This document shows, piece by piece, positions 47,067 through 57,108 of a stretch of DNA of 64,000 nucleotides (positions within the stretch are counted from its first letter, which is position 1; each line of letters opens with the position of its first letter). Origin of the DNA: an uncultured Clostridia bacterium (GTDB taxonomy: Bacteria > Bacillota > Clostridia > Christensenellales > Borkfalkiaceae); assembly GCA_944354265.1 (NCBI GenBank), contig CALVPX010000052.1:60177-124176 (forward strand), given 5' to 3'. Below the pieces are notes generated by a model. That model saw only the letters and a program-made list of their open reading frames with translations. It had not been told where the DNA came from and ran no database searches. Made by a program: the position numbers and the translations under genes.

Positions 47067-48165
47067 ACCGCTCTTTGTCAGGCCGTCGAAAGCGGGCGAC
47101 ATACCCCTGTTGGTATGCGTAATAGGCATGTCGGTATTCGGCTGCATTATGATCTATTCGGCTAGCAGCTATGTAGGCGAGGTGCAGTACGGCGACAGCT
47201 TTTATTTTGTAAGCAAACAGATAGCGGGAGTCGTCATAGGGTTGCTCGCAATGTCGGCTGCCGCCTTCATTCCCTATACAAAACTTATCAAGCTGAAAAT
47301 TCCTTTGGCGATTATTGCGTTGGTCGCGCTTGCTCTCGTCTTTGTCCCCGGCGTCGGCGTGACAAATTACGGCGCCACGCGTTGGATAGGCTTCGGAGCT
47401 TTCACCATTCAGCCCTCGGAAATTGCAAAGTATGCCTTTGTGCTGTTTGCCGCCGCCCATTTTGCCGAAAATTATAATAACGCCCGCAGCATAAAGGGGG
47501 TTGCGCCCGTGTTGGCGCTCGGAATAGCGTACTGCGTGCTTATAATTGCCGAGCCAAACATGTCGATAACAATGTGCGTCGGGTTGCTAATGCTCGTCAT
47601 GGTTTTTCTGAGCGGCACAAATCTCAAAACCTTCGCATTCATGCTCGTGCCATGCATTATAGCCGTGCCCGTGCTCATTGCCCTCGAACCGTACAGATTG
47701 CAAAGGTTGAGCGCGTTTATCGACCCGTGGGCTTCCCCGCGGGATGAGGGGTATCAGCTCATTCAGTCGCTCTACGCACTCGGAAACGGCGGGTGGTTCG
47801 GGGTAGGTTTATTCAATTCAACGCAGAAGTATCGTTTTCTGCCCTTTGCCGAAAGCGATTTTATCATGTCGGTCATGGGCGAAGAATTGGGCTTTGTCGG
47901 TTTGCTGATCTTTTTTGCCGTATGTTTTTTTATAATTTGGAGGGGTATAGCCATCGCGCGCAGGTGCAGGGATCCGTTCGGCTACCTGCTCGCGGCGGGA
48001 ATAACCCTCGTGTACGGCATACAGGTCGTGGTAAACGCCCTCGTGGTCAGCGGCACCATTCCGCCCACGGGATTGCCTTTGCCGCTCGTAAGCAGCGGAA
48101 ACACCTCGCTGATAATTACAATGGCGTCGATGGGCGTTTTGTACAACGTGTCCACCAACAATTAA
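47059..48165 (+). CDS. ftsW: SEDS family peptidoglycan polymerase FtsW/SpoVE
   Basis: 10-TM SEDS protein with QPSE.AK and ESDFI motifs. It overlaps the murD stop. Confidence 0.9.
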   Translation: MNKPLFVRPSKAGDIPLLVCVIGMSVFGCIMIYSASSYVGEVQYGDSFYFVSKQIAGVVIGLLAMSAAAFIPYTKLIKLKIPLAIIALVALALVFVPGVGVTNYGATRWIGFGAFTIQPSEIAKYAFVLFAAAHFAENYNNARSIKGVAPVLALGIAYCVLIIAEPNMSITMCVGLLMLVMVFLSGTNLKTFAFMLVPCIIAVPVLIALEPYRLQRLSAFIDPWASPRDEGYQLIQSLYALGNGGWFGVGLFNSTQKYRFLPFAESDFIMSVMGEELGFVGLLIFFAVCFFIIWRGIAIARRCRDPFGYLLAAGITLVYGIQVVVNALVVSGTIPPTGLPLPLVSSGNTSLIITMASMGVLYNVSTNN

Positions 48166-48197
48166 CATGCACGCAAAAAAATCCATATAATAAAAGT

Positions 48198-48240
48198 AAA
48201 GCAGCCTGAAAATTTTCATTCGGGCTGCTCGGCATTTTTT
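48198..48240 (+). terminator. candidate internal terminator between ftsW and murA
   Basis: AAAGCAGCC...GGCTGCT hairpin followed, after 6 nt, by a T6 run. Confidence 0.45.
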
Positions 48241-48258
48241 ATACTTACGGAGTCAAAT

Positions 48259-49515
48259 ATGGATAAGTACATGATAAACGGAGGGCGCCGCCTCGAAGGG
48301 TGCGTGCGCATTCAAACGGCAAAAAACTCCGTGCTTCCTATTTTGGCCGCTTCGGTTCTGACAGATGAGCCTGTTACGGTTCTCAATGTCCCCGATATAA
48401 CCGACGTGCGGAACATGGTCAAAATACTCGGTTGCCTCGGCTGCAGGGCTGTCTACGACGGAGACAACCTGACGATAGACAGTTCCCCGGCGGACAATTG
48501 CGAAATCCCTCGGGCGCTCGCGCATGAACTGCGTTCGTCGGTGTTTCTGCTCGGGTCGGTTATTTCCCGCTTCCGCAAAGCAAAAATAGCCTATCCGGGA
48601 GGGTGCGACATAGGTCTGCGGCCTGTGGATCTTCATCTTACGGGGCTTAAGAGGTTGGGGGTTGACATAACGGAAAGCAACGGATACATACTTTGTAAGT
48701 GCGAAAAGCTTGTCGGCAACGAAATAATGCTCGATTGTCCGAGCGTAGGCGCGACGGAAAATATCATGCTCGCGGCCGTAAAAGCTGAGGGCACGACCAT
48801 AATTAAAAATGCAGCCCGTGAACCTGAAATAGAAGACTTGCAGAATTTCCTCAATTCCATGGGCGCTAAAGTGCGCGGGGCGGGCTCCGGTTCTGTGGTG
48901 GTGGAAGGGGTTGAAAAATTGGGCGGCTCTGTATATCAGCCCATATCCGACCGCATTGAAGCGGGTACATATCTGATTGCCGCCGCCATGTGCGGCGGGA
49001 ATGTAGAGCTTGAAGGGGTAAATGCAGAAAATTTAAGCTCTCTTTTACATAAACTTAGGGAAAACGGTTGCAAACTGCGCATAAAAAATGATAAAATAAT
49101 TATCAGAAGCGACAAGCGGCCTGTATCTGTCAAGAGTGTGGAAACTCAGCCCTATCCGGGTTTTCCTACGGACTTGCAGGCGCAGATGACTGCGCTGTGC
49201 TGTGTGTGCTCCGGCAATTCTATCGTCACCGAAAATCTGTTTGAAACGCGGTTTAAATATGTGCCCGAACTCCGCAAAATGGGGGCGGACATAACCGTTG
49301 TCGACCGCAGCGCCTTTGTGCGCGGGGTAGATAAACTCAGGGGAGCTACTACGGTAGCCCACGACCTGAGGGGAGGGGCTGCTCTCGTAATCGCCGCTCT
49401 CGCGGCCGAAGGCGACAGTGAGGTGCTCGATATTTCACATATCGACAGGGGCTACGAACGCTTCGAATATAAACTTGCTTCGCTCGGCGCGGGAATCAAG
49501 CGCGTCGGCATCTGA
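48259..49515 (+). CDS. murA: UDP-N-acetylglucosamine 1-carboxyvinyltransferase
   Basis: AKNSVLPILAA and the active-site Cys loop YPGGCDIGLRPVDLH. Length is 418 aa. Confidence 0.95.
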   Translation: MDKYMINGGRRLEGCVRIQTAKNSVLPILAASVLTDEPVTVLNVPDITDVRNMVKILGCLGCRAVYDGDNLTIDSSPADNCEIPRALAHELRSSVFLLGSVISRFRKAKIAYPGGCDIGLRPVDLHLTGLKRLGVDITESNGYILCKCEKLVGNEIMLDCPSVGATENIMLAAVKAEGTTIIKNAAREPEIEDLQNFLNSMGAKVRGAGSGSVVVEGVEKLGGSVYQPISDRIEAGTYLIAAAMCGGNVELEGVNAENLSSLLHKLRENGCKLRIKNDKIIIRSDKRPVSVKSVETQPYPGFPTDLQAQMTALCCVCSGNSIVTENLFETRFKYVPELRKMGADITVVDRSAFVRGVDKLRGATTVAHDLRGGAALVIAALAAEGDSEVLDISHIDRGYERFEYKLASLGAGIKRVGI

Positions 49516-49522
49516 AAAAGTT

Positions 49523-50299
49523 ATGAAAGGTTACATAAGGAAAATAATTTCGATCGTCTTGGTGTTGGTGTTCTGCGCCGCAGTAATTATTGGTGCGTGC
49601 GTCATTCTTTCGGTTAAAAACGTTAATATTGAGTATATTTATTACTCGTCGTCGGATGATGAGGTTCCCCACAGCGCGCAGGAGTTTGAAACGGCAAGTG
49701 ATAATCTCAACGCGCTGAAGGGTCAGAATATGCTCTTTCTCAGCGACGAAGAAATAACATCTTGCGTGTACGGAAACATGGTGTATATCGAAAGCTTTGA
49801 AAAAATTTTCCCCTGCACCATCAACGTCGTTCTGAGAGAGCGCAGGGAGCAATATGCAAAGCTTAACTCCTCTGACTTATACGATATTTATGACACAGAA
49901 GGCAAGTATATCGAGACTCGCAGTCAGAATATCAACCCTGCAGATAATAGCCCCGACGTGCTTTTAAATGTCGACGATCAGGCTTTTGAAGCGGCGGTAG
50001 AAATGTGTTCGTATTTTAAGGATTGCTTCGGTTTTCTTCGCAACCTCGTGCAGTCGGTAACCTCTCTGTACGACCCCGTGCTCGATACGGCCAACCTCAC
50101 GTTCAGGTTGTACAGCGGACTGACGATTGTAATTTATGATTACGACGAATATGCAGAGGAGAAGATGAACGAAGTTTACGATGAGTATGAGCGTCTCTCC
50201 GAAAGTCAGAAACTCCGCGGCTCTATCTATGCCGTAAGTCTCAACGATGACGCCGATGGCGACTACGCCGCATATTACAATCCCGATTTGAATAATTAA
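49523..50299 (+). CDS. FtsQ/DivIB-like cell division membrane protein
   Basis: A short cytoplasmic tail, one TM helix (IISIVLVLVFCAAVIIGACVIL) and a POTRA-like ectodomain. Its position before ftsA supports the call. Start at the ATG at 49523. Confidence 0.55.
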   Translation: MKGYIRKIISIVLVLVFCAAVIIGACVILSVKNVNIEYIYYSSSDDEVPHSAQEFETASDNLNALKGQNMLFLSDEEITSCVYGNMVYIESFEKIFPCTINVVLRERREQYAKLNSSDLYDIYDTEGKYIETRSQNINPADNSPDVLLNVDDQAFEAAVEMCSYFKDCFGFLRNLVQSVTSLYDPVLDTANLTFRLYSGLTIVIYDYDEYAEEKMNEVYDEYERLSESQKLRGSIYAVSLNDDADGDYAAYYNPDLNN

Positions 50300-50330
50300 A
50301 TTATATTTTCGTGTATTTTATACTTTTATT

Positions 50331-50363
50331 GCGGCTTGATTGCATAAATTAAGCCGCTTTTTT
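50331..50363 (+). terminator. terminator after the ftsQ-like gene
   Basis: GCGGCTT...AAGCCGC stem followed by T6. Confidence 0.7.
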
Positions 50364-50376
50364 GACGTCATTTTTG

Positions 50377-50405
50377 TTGACTTTTATTTGCCTCTATTAT
50401 ATAAT
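50377..50405 (+). promoter_or_regulatory. sigma-A-like promoter for ftsA-ftsZ
   Basis: TTGACT, a 17-nt spacer, then TATAAT. Confidence 0.65.
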
Positions 50406-50454
50406 ATTTCTATAAGTTTACATACGGTATTTTGCTTAGAGGAAAAGGTTAAAG

Positions 50455-51570
50455 TTGCGTAACAAAAGTGTGGCGGTATTGGATATTCGCTCGTCCGAAG
50501 TCTGTGCGGCGGTAGGAGAAAGGGGCGTAAACAATACCTTTATTATTAAAAGTAAATATACTTGCTCATACGACGGTTATGCCGACGGCGAGCTTTTAGA
50601 CGTAAAAAATTTTTGTTCTGCGGTTGAAAAAGTCGTCAAAAACACTATTGCTGCTGCAGGTGAAAAATTTAACCGTTTTTACGTCGGAATACCGGGTGAA
50701 TTTTTAAAAGTACAGGTTACGGACGGCGGCATTACTTTTGCTGCGCCGCAAAAAATAAAAGCGACGCATACCTATGCCGTGGCTGAAATGTCTGAGCCCC
50801 GCGGAGAAAAGGACTATTCGGTTATAGAGAGAAGCCCTGTCTACTATGTTCTCTCCGACAAGAGGAGGGTCATCGACCCCATAGGGTGCGTAACAGACGG
50901 CCTCCGTGCCAAAATCAGTTGGTTTTTGTGCAAAAATACTTTCGCGAAGAGTGTCGTCGACGCATTCAAGCCCTTCGGACAGATGCGGCTCAAATTTGTT
51001 CCGTCATCCCTTTCAGAATCGTGTTATCTGCTTGAACCGCATGTCCGCGATCTGTATGCGGCCTTGCTCGACATAGGATATATTTCTTCCACGTTCAGCG
51101 TCTCCCGCGGCAACGGCGTAATTTTTAATCAGGCCTTTTCCGTAGGGGTGGGGCATATCGCCGCTTTTTTGATGGACGAGCTTGAAGTTCCTTTCGATGT
51201 CGCAACACAGCTCATGTCTGAGGTCAATCTCAACGCTATATCCAATCCCGCGGCCGTTACAGAAGTCAGATACGGCGACATGATCTACAGCTATCAGACG
51301 TCAGCCCTCTGCGAAATTATATCAGAAGGGTTGGACGGCATATGCGATATGGTGGAGGAGTGCAGGCGGTCTTTTACTGAAAAAGATCTCGCGGGCAAGC
51401 CTATATACATAACAGGCGAGGGCGTAAAATCAATCCGCGGTTTGGTCGAACACCTTTCGGGCCGCTTAGGTTGCGTTGTCAACGTCGTCGCACCCAAAGT
51501 TCCTTATTACGATAAGCCTAAATTTTCTTCGTTGTTCAGCCTGCTCGATGCGGCGCTCAGCGATGATTGA
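50455..51570 (+). CDS. ftsA: cell division protein FtsA (short, divergent)
   Basis: Actin-like ATPase pattern (VLDIRSSEV..., DIGYISS) and a C-terminal amphipathic FSSLFSLLDAAL. TTG start with a GAGGAAAAGG RBS. It lies directly upstream of ftsZ. Confidence 0.75.
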   Translation: MRNKSVAVLDIRSSEVCAAVGERGVNNTFIIKSKYTCSYDGYADGELLDVKNFCSAVEKVVKNTIAAAGEKFNRFYVGIPGEFLKVQVTDGGITFAAPQKIKATHTYAVAEMSEPRGEKDYSVIERSPVYYVLSDKRRVIDPIGCVTDGLRAKISWFLCKNTFAKSVVDAFKPFGQMRLKFVPSSLSESCYLLEPHVRDLYAALLDIGYISSTFSVSRGNGVIFNQAFSVGVGHIAAFLMDELEVPFDVATQLMSEVNLNAISNPAAVTEVRYGDMIYSYQTSALCEIISEGLDGICDMVEECRRSFTEKDLAGKPIYITGEGVKSIRGLVEHLSGRLGCVVNVVAPKVPYYDKPKFSSLFSLLDAALSDD

Positions 51571-51629
51571 AAATAATAAATTTATAAATATAATGCCTAT
51601 TTTATACGCGCATTTACGGAGGTCAACAA

Positions 51630-53150
51630 ATGTTCAATGATCAGGGAGTCAACAACATATCGGGCAGAGCCAGAATCAAAGTAATTGGCGTCGGCGGCGC
51701 CGGTAACAACGCCGTCAACCGTATGTTGGAAGCAGGCATCAACAGTGCCGAATACATAGTCGTAAATACCGACAGCCAGATTCTCGCACTTTCAGCCTGC
51801 GAAAATAAGGTTCAGATCGGCAGCCAGCTTACAAAGGGTCTCGGTGCCGGCGCTGATCCCGATATCGGCAGAGCTGCAGCCGAAGAGAGCAAAGATGTAT
51901 TAACCGACCTTATTAAAGGTACGGACCTTTTGTTCATAACGGCAGGCATGGGCGGCGGCACAGGTACGGGCGCCGCACCTGTAATCGCAAAGATTGCAAG
52001 GGATATGAAGATCCTCACCGTTGCCGTTGTTACCGAACCTTTTGCCTTTGAAGGTAGAAAGAGATTGGAAAACACCGCAAAGGGTCTTGAAAATCTTAAA
52101 AAATATGTAGATACCCTTGTAATTATTCCCAACGACAAGATAAGGACTGTCGTGCAGAAGAATACGCCTATGGTAGAAGCTCTGCGCGTTGCAGACGAAA
52201 TACTCAAGCAGGGCATAAGGGGCATCACCGAGCTTATCGTCAACCCCGCGCTCATCAACCTCGACTTTGCCGATGTCAAAGCCATTCTCAAGGATAGGGG
52301 CATTGCTCACCTCGGCGTAGGCGTCGCTAAGGGCGACAACAGAATTATCGAAGCCGTCCGCGTGGCCGTAAACAGCCCTCTGCTTGAAACGACTATTGAG
52401 GGCGCACGCGGCGTCATCCTCAACGTCGTCGGCGGCAACGACCTCACATTCGAAGAGGTTGCCGATGCGGCAGAACTTGTCCGCAGCGTTGTAGACGCGT
52501 CTGCAAACATCATCTTCGGCGCACGCATCGACCCCAATGTTCAGGATGAGGTTGAAGTTACCGTCATCGCAACCGGTTTCCCCGGCTTTGAAACGAGAAA
52601 GGAAGATGATCAGCAAAAGTCCTACAATAAGTCGCTCTATGGCAATCAGCAGAGCCTCGGCAGCGGCCGTATGCCTATAAGCAACGATCCTTACTTCGGA
52701 CAGCGTCAGTCATCCCTTTCGTCCAACCCCTTGCATCAGGCGTCCGCTCAGGCACAGCAGAATGCGCGCAATCAGCAGCCTGCACAGTCTTTCTATACCC
52801 GTCAGGCTCAGCAGCCCGCACAGACGCAGAATACCGTTCACACTTCCGCATATCAGCAGCAGGGTTATCAGCAACCTCAACAGCCCCAGCAGCAGGGTTA
52901 TGTTCAGCAGCCTCAACAGCCTCAGCAGGGCTATACTCAGCAGGGTTATGTTCAGCAGCCTCAACAGCCTCAGCAACAGGGCTATGCTCAGCAGGGATAT
53001 CCTCAGCAGCCTCAACAGCCTAGGCAGCCTGCTCAGCAGCAGTATTCTTCTCAGTCGGCTGAAGATGTGACCATTGAACGCCCCAGCGATAAAAACGTTC
53101 CCAAGTTTGCCCGCCTTCTCAAGAACCTCGGCAGACACGGCAACGAATAA
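51630..53150 (+). CDS. ftsZ: cell division protein FtsZ with very long Q/P/Y-rich linker
   Basis: GVGGAGNNAVNRM, the tubulin signature GGGTGTGAAPVIA and NLDFADV. The C-terminal peptide is DKNVPKFARLL. Length is 506 aa. Confidence 0.95.
   Translation: MFNDQGVNNISGRARIKVIGVGGAGNNAVNRMLEAGINSAEYIVVNTDSQILALSACENKVQIGSQLTKGLGAGADPDIGRAAAEESKDVLTDLIKGTDLLFITAGMGGGTGTGAAPVIAKIARDMKILTVAVVTEPFAFEGRKRLENTAKGLENLKKYVDTLVIIPNDKIRTVVQKNTPMVEALRVADEILKQGIRGITELIVNPALINLDFADVKAILKDRGIAHLGVGVAKGDNRIIEAVRVAVNSPLLETTIEGARGVILNVVGGNDLTFEEVADAAELVRSVVDASANIIFGARIDPNVQDEVEVTVIATGFPGFETRKEDDQQKSYNKSLYGNQQSLGSGRMPISNDPYFGQRQSSLSSNPLHQASAQAQQNARNQQPAQSFYTRQAQQPAQTQNTVHTSAYQQQGYQQPQQPQQQGYVQQPQQPQQGYTQQGYVQQPQQPQQQGYAQQGYPQQPQQPRQPAQQQYSSQSAEDVTIERPSDKNVPKFARLLKNLGRHGNE
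52855..53040 (+). repeat. tandem in-frame repeats inside the ftsZ linker
   Basis: Repeated units encoding QQGY(V/A/T)QQPQQPQQ(Q), visible as near-identical runs of CAGCAGGGTTATGTTCAGCAGCCTCAACAGCCTCAGCA. Confidence 0.8.
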
Positions 53151-53172
53151 TTTTAATTAACTAACTTAAAAA

Positions 53173-53201
53173 ACGGAGCAAACTTCATTGCTCCGTTTTT
53201 T
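53173..53201 (+). terminator. rho-independent terminator after ftsZ
   Basis: ACGGAGCA-N8-TGCTCCGT followed by T5. Confidence 0.8.
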
Positions 53202-53269
53202 GTGTGCCGATTTTCCAAAATTTTACAGGTTTCGTCATAAATATTGCTATTTGGCAATAAAATGACAGT

Positions 53270-54595
53270 ATGACGAATATTTTGTTGAATACTGCGCAAA
53301 AATTTTATTTTGTGGGAATAGGCGGGGCAAGCATGAGCGCCCTTGCAAAAATTCTCATCAGTATGGGAAAAATTGTCTGCGGCAGCGACAGGGTGCACAA
53401 TGAATATGTATGTGATCTGATATCGCGGGGAGTCAGTGTCTCTTTGGATAGCGATGACGCCCGCGTCGAAAAATGCGATGTTTTAGTTTATACCGACGCA
53501 GTCAAAATGGACGACCCGCACATATTGCGCGCGGTAAAGGCCAATAAGCTCATAGTCCCCCGCGGTCAGCTCCTCGCTACGCTGTGCGGTTGTTTCAAAA
53601 GTACAATAGCGGTGGCAGGGTGCCACGGAAAGACTACCTGCACGAGTATGCTCGCGCACATTTTTGCCTGTGCGGACAAACAATTCACTGTTCATATCGG
53701 CGGAAATGACAATGCTTTCGGCAATTGTCGCGTTGTTGGGTATGATTATTTTATTACCGAAGCGTGTGAATTCAATAAAAATTTTTTGCTGATCAAACCT
53801 GATATTTCAATCATTCTCAACACCGACGCCGACCATCTTGAATGTTATGACGGGGAGGAGGATTTGCTGCGTTCCTACCGTCTCTTTGCCGTAAATTCTA
53901 AAAAGAGTGCCTGTCTGTACGGCGACAGGTGCGGTAGGGGGGACGTCACTTTCGGAACGGACGAAAGCGCAGACTACAGAGCGAGGAATATCAAGTCCGC
54001 CGGAGGAAAATATTCTTTCGACGTGTATGAACAGGGCAGAAAATTGTGCCATGCGTCGCTGAATGTGTACGGAAGACACAACATTGTCAATGCGTTGGCG
54101 GCGGTTTCCGCTTCGCGGCTTGCAGGAATACGGGCTGAGGCCATAGAAGAAGGGCTCAGCCGATTTGCAGGCGTCGAGCGCAGGTTTGAAAAAATAGGCG
54201 AGATCAACGGGTGCGAAGTCATTGCCGATTATGCTCACCACCCGCGCGAAATTACGGCGACACTACGCGCTGCCGCCGAAGTCACTTCGGGCGAAATTTA
54301 TGTCATTTTTCAACCGCACACCTACAGCCGCACAAAAAATCTCTTCGGCGATTTTGTAAACTGCCTGTCGGGCATAGATAACCTGCTCATATATAAAACT
54401 TTTGCTGCCCGTGAATATTTCGACGCCGAAGGCAGTGCGCTTGCACTGTCAAACGCCATAAAAAATTCCCGTTACGCGGAGAGCGAACGGGAAATAAAAT
54501 ATTTTCTGCGCAATGTCAGTGGCGAAGATAAAGTATTTGTTTTGGGTGCGGGCGATATTTACTATATTGTCAGACAAATGCTGAAGAGCAATTAA
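53270..54595 (+). CDS. murC: UDP-N-acetylmuramate--L-alanine ligase
   Basis: FVGIGGASMSALA N-terminal motif and the AGCHGKTTCTSM P-loop. Length is 441 aa. Confidence 0.9.
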   Translation: MTNILLNTAQKFYFVGIGGASMSALAKILISMGKIVCGSDRVHNEYVCDLISRGVSVSLDSDDARVEKCDVLVYTDAVKMDDPHILRAVKANKLIVPRGQLLATLCGCFKSTIAVAGCHGKTTCTSMLAHIFACADKQFTVHIGGNDNAFGNCRVVGYDYFITEACEFNKNFLLIKPDISIILNTDADHLECYDGEEDLLRSYRLFAVNSKKSACLYGDRCGRGDVTFGTDESADYRARNIKSAGGKYSFDVYEQGRKLCHASLNVYGRHNIVNALAAVSASRLAGIRAEAIEEGLSRFAGVERRFEKIGEINGCEVIADYAHHPREITATLRAAAEVTSGEIYVIFQPHTYSRTKNLFGDFVNCLSGIDNLLIYKTFAAREYFDAEGSALALSNAIKNSRYAESEREIKYFLRNVSGEDKVFVLGAGDIYYIVRQMLKSN

Positions 54596-55752
54596 ATTTC
54601 AATTTCGGTGCCGCGCTGTTCGCATGCGTAGACGAGGTCGATGAATTGCTTTGCCCGCCTCGGCGACCTGCCGCCCTTGATAAGCGCCCAGCGCTCTGCG
54701 AGGGCATTGAGCTTCTCTCTGTCGCAAGTCAGACCCCTGTCGTCGGCAAGTTGGTCGACAATCGAGAGGTAGAGCGCCTTATCCGTGGTCGAGAACATCA
54801 CGGTCAGTCCGAATCTGTCCGATAGTGACAGTTGTTCTGCCATCGAATCGCCGGGATGCACGGAATTTTCTCTGTCGGAAAAGCTCTCCTTTACGATATG
54901 CCTGCGGTTTGAGGTGGCGACTATCATAATGTTGTCGCCGCTTCCGCAAACAGTTCCCTCCAATCCTGCTTTTAACGACGAGATGTTGTCGTCATACTCA
55001 CCCAAAGACAGGTCGTCTATGAATACGATAAATTTTAGGGGATTGTCGGCTACAAGTTCGCGTATCTTCGGCACGCAAAGAATGTTTTCTTTGTTCAGTT
55101 CGATTATTCTCAGACCGTCGTCGAAATGCTTGTTGAGCATTGCGTGAATGGTGGAAGATTTACCCGTTCCCCTGTCGCCGTACAACAGCATGTTTGCATA
55201 GGGCAGTCCGCTTATAAAATTGACAATGTTGTTATCGATCTGTTTCTTTTCGCTCTCGTAATTTTTAAGTTCGTCCAAAGTGACGGTCGACGTTCTGACA
55301 ATAGGCTTTAGCCCGCCGTCTTCGTACGAAAAGGCTTTATAGACGATAAACTTGCCGTAGCCGTGTGCCGCATAATAATCTATTAAGTTTGCGGCAGAAT
55401 GTGCCCCGTCCAATTCACCGTCGAACGGAGGTATGGCGTTTCCGAGGTTGAAGTGCTCGTCGCCGTCGAAAATTAGCGCGGCATTGAAAATTTTATCAAG
55501 GTCGTCAGCGTACGCGTCGAGCAGATAAGCGGAGGGGGTGTCGCCCCTTGCACACGTCCGCGAAAAAGCGTTCTCGTCGAGCAGTATCATTCTGCATAAC
55601 CTTTCAAGAAAATCGTTTTCGGCGCCGCAGTCGTAGAGTTCATAGTAAAAATCTTCGCGGCTCTGTCCGTCATAAGCACAAATGAAGGATGCAAAAAGCT
55701 TATCGTTCAACAGATTGCGCAGTACGGTCAGTTTAATAGGACAATTATTCAT
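54592..55752 (-). CDS. DUF815-type AAA ATPase of unknown function
   Basis: Walker A YGDRGTGKSS and Walker B FIVFIDDLS in the C-terminal half. The N-terminal ~190 aa were not recognised. Confidence 0.75.
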   Translation of the reverse strand: MNNCPIKLTVLRNLLNDKLFASFICAYDGQSREDFYYELYDCGAENDFLERLCRMILLDENAFSRTCARGDTPSAYLLDAYADDLDKIFNAALIFDGDEHFNLGNAIPPFDGELDGAHSAANLIDYYAAHGYGKFIVYKAFSYEDGGLKPIVRTSTVTLDELKNYESEKKQIDNNIVNFISGLPYANMLLYGDRGTGKSSTIHAMLNKHFDDGLRIIELNKENILCVPKIRELVADNPLKFIVFIDDLSLGEYDDNISSLKAGLEGTVCGSGDNIMIVATSNRRHIVKESFSDRENSVHPGDSMAEQLSLSDRFGLTVMFSTTDKALYLSIVDQLADDRGLTCDREKLNALAERWALIKGGRSPRRAKQFIDLVYACEQRGTEIEI

Positions 55753-55882
55753 AATTTATACATCCGTAAGTATTTATCTACCTGATTATATAACAAAAAA
55801 TATCAATATGCAATTTTTTATGCAAAATTTTTTAATATTTTTGCAATAATTTTTAATATCGCTTGACTTAAGGAATTTATGA

Positions 55883-56953
<1,071 letters not shown>

Positions 56954-56969
56954 TTTGCATTGAGCATAT

Positions 56970-57003
56970 ATGCGCGCGGATCTATGTCCGTGCGCATTTT
57001 TAC
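56970..57003 (+). terminator. rho-independent terminator after ilvC
   Basis: ATGCGCGCGGA/TCCGTGCGCAT stem followed by TTTT. Confidence 0.75.
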
Positions 57004-57108
57004 TTTTGTAAAAATACTATCTAAATTATAATAATCAGCCGCCATTTTGTTGTTTTTTTAATGCACAGATGTTATAATATAAATTAGTATAATACATACA
57101 TTATCGGA

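Noticed and set aside
52855-53040. Regularly spaced nucleotide repeats that might suggest a CRISPR-like or satellite array.
   Set aside because: The repeats are in-frame, contiguous (no spacers) and lie inside the ftsZ reading frame between its conserved core and its C-terminal peptide. They encode the Q/P-rich linker.
55790-55860. AT-rich repeats (TGCAA spaced repeats, AATTTT...AAAATT) upstream of ilvC as a possible CodY box or leader-peptide attenuator.
   Set aside because: The spacing does not fit the 15-bp CodY consensus. There is no branched-chain-rich leader ORF and no terminator/antiterminator pair, so there is not enough evidence to call a site.
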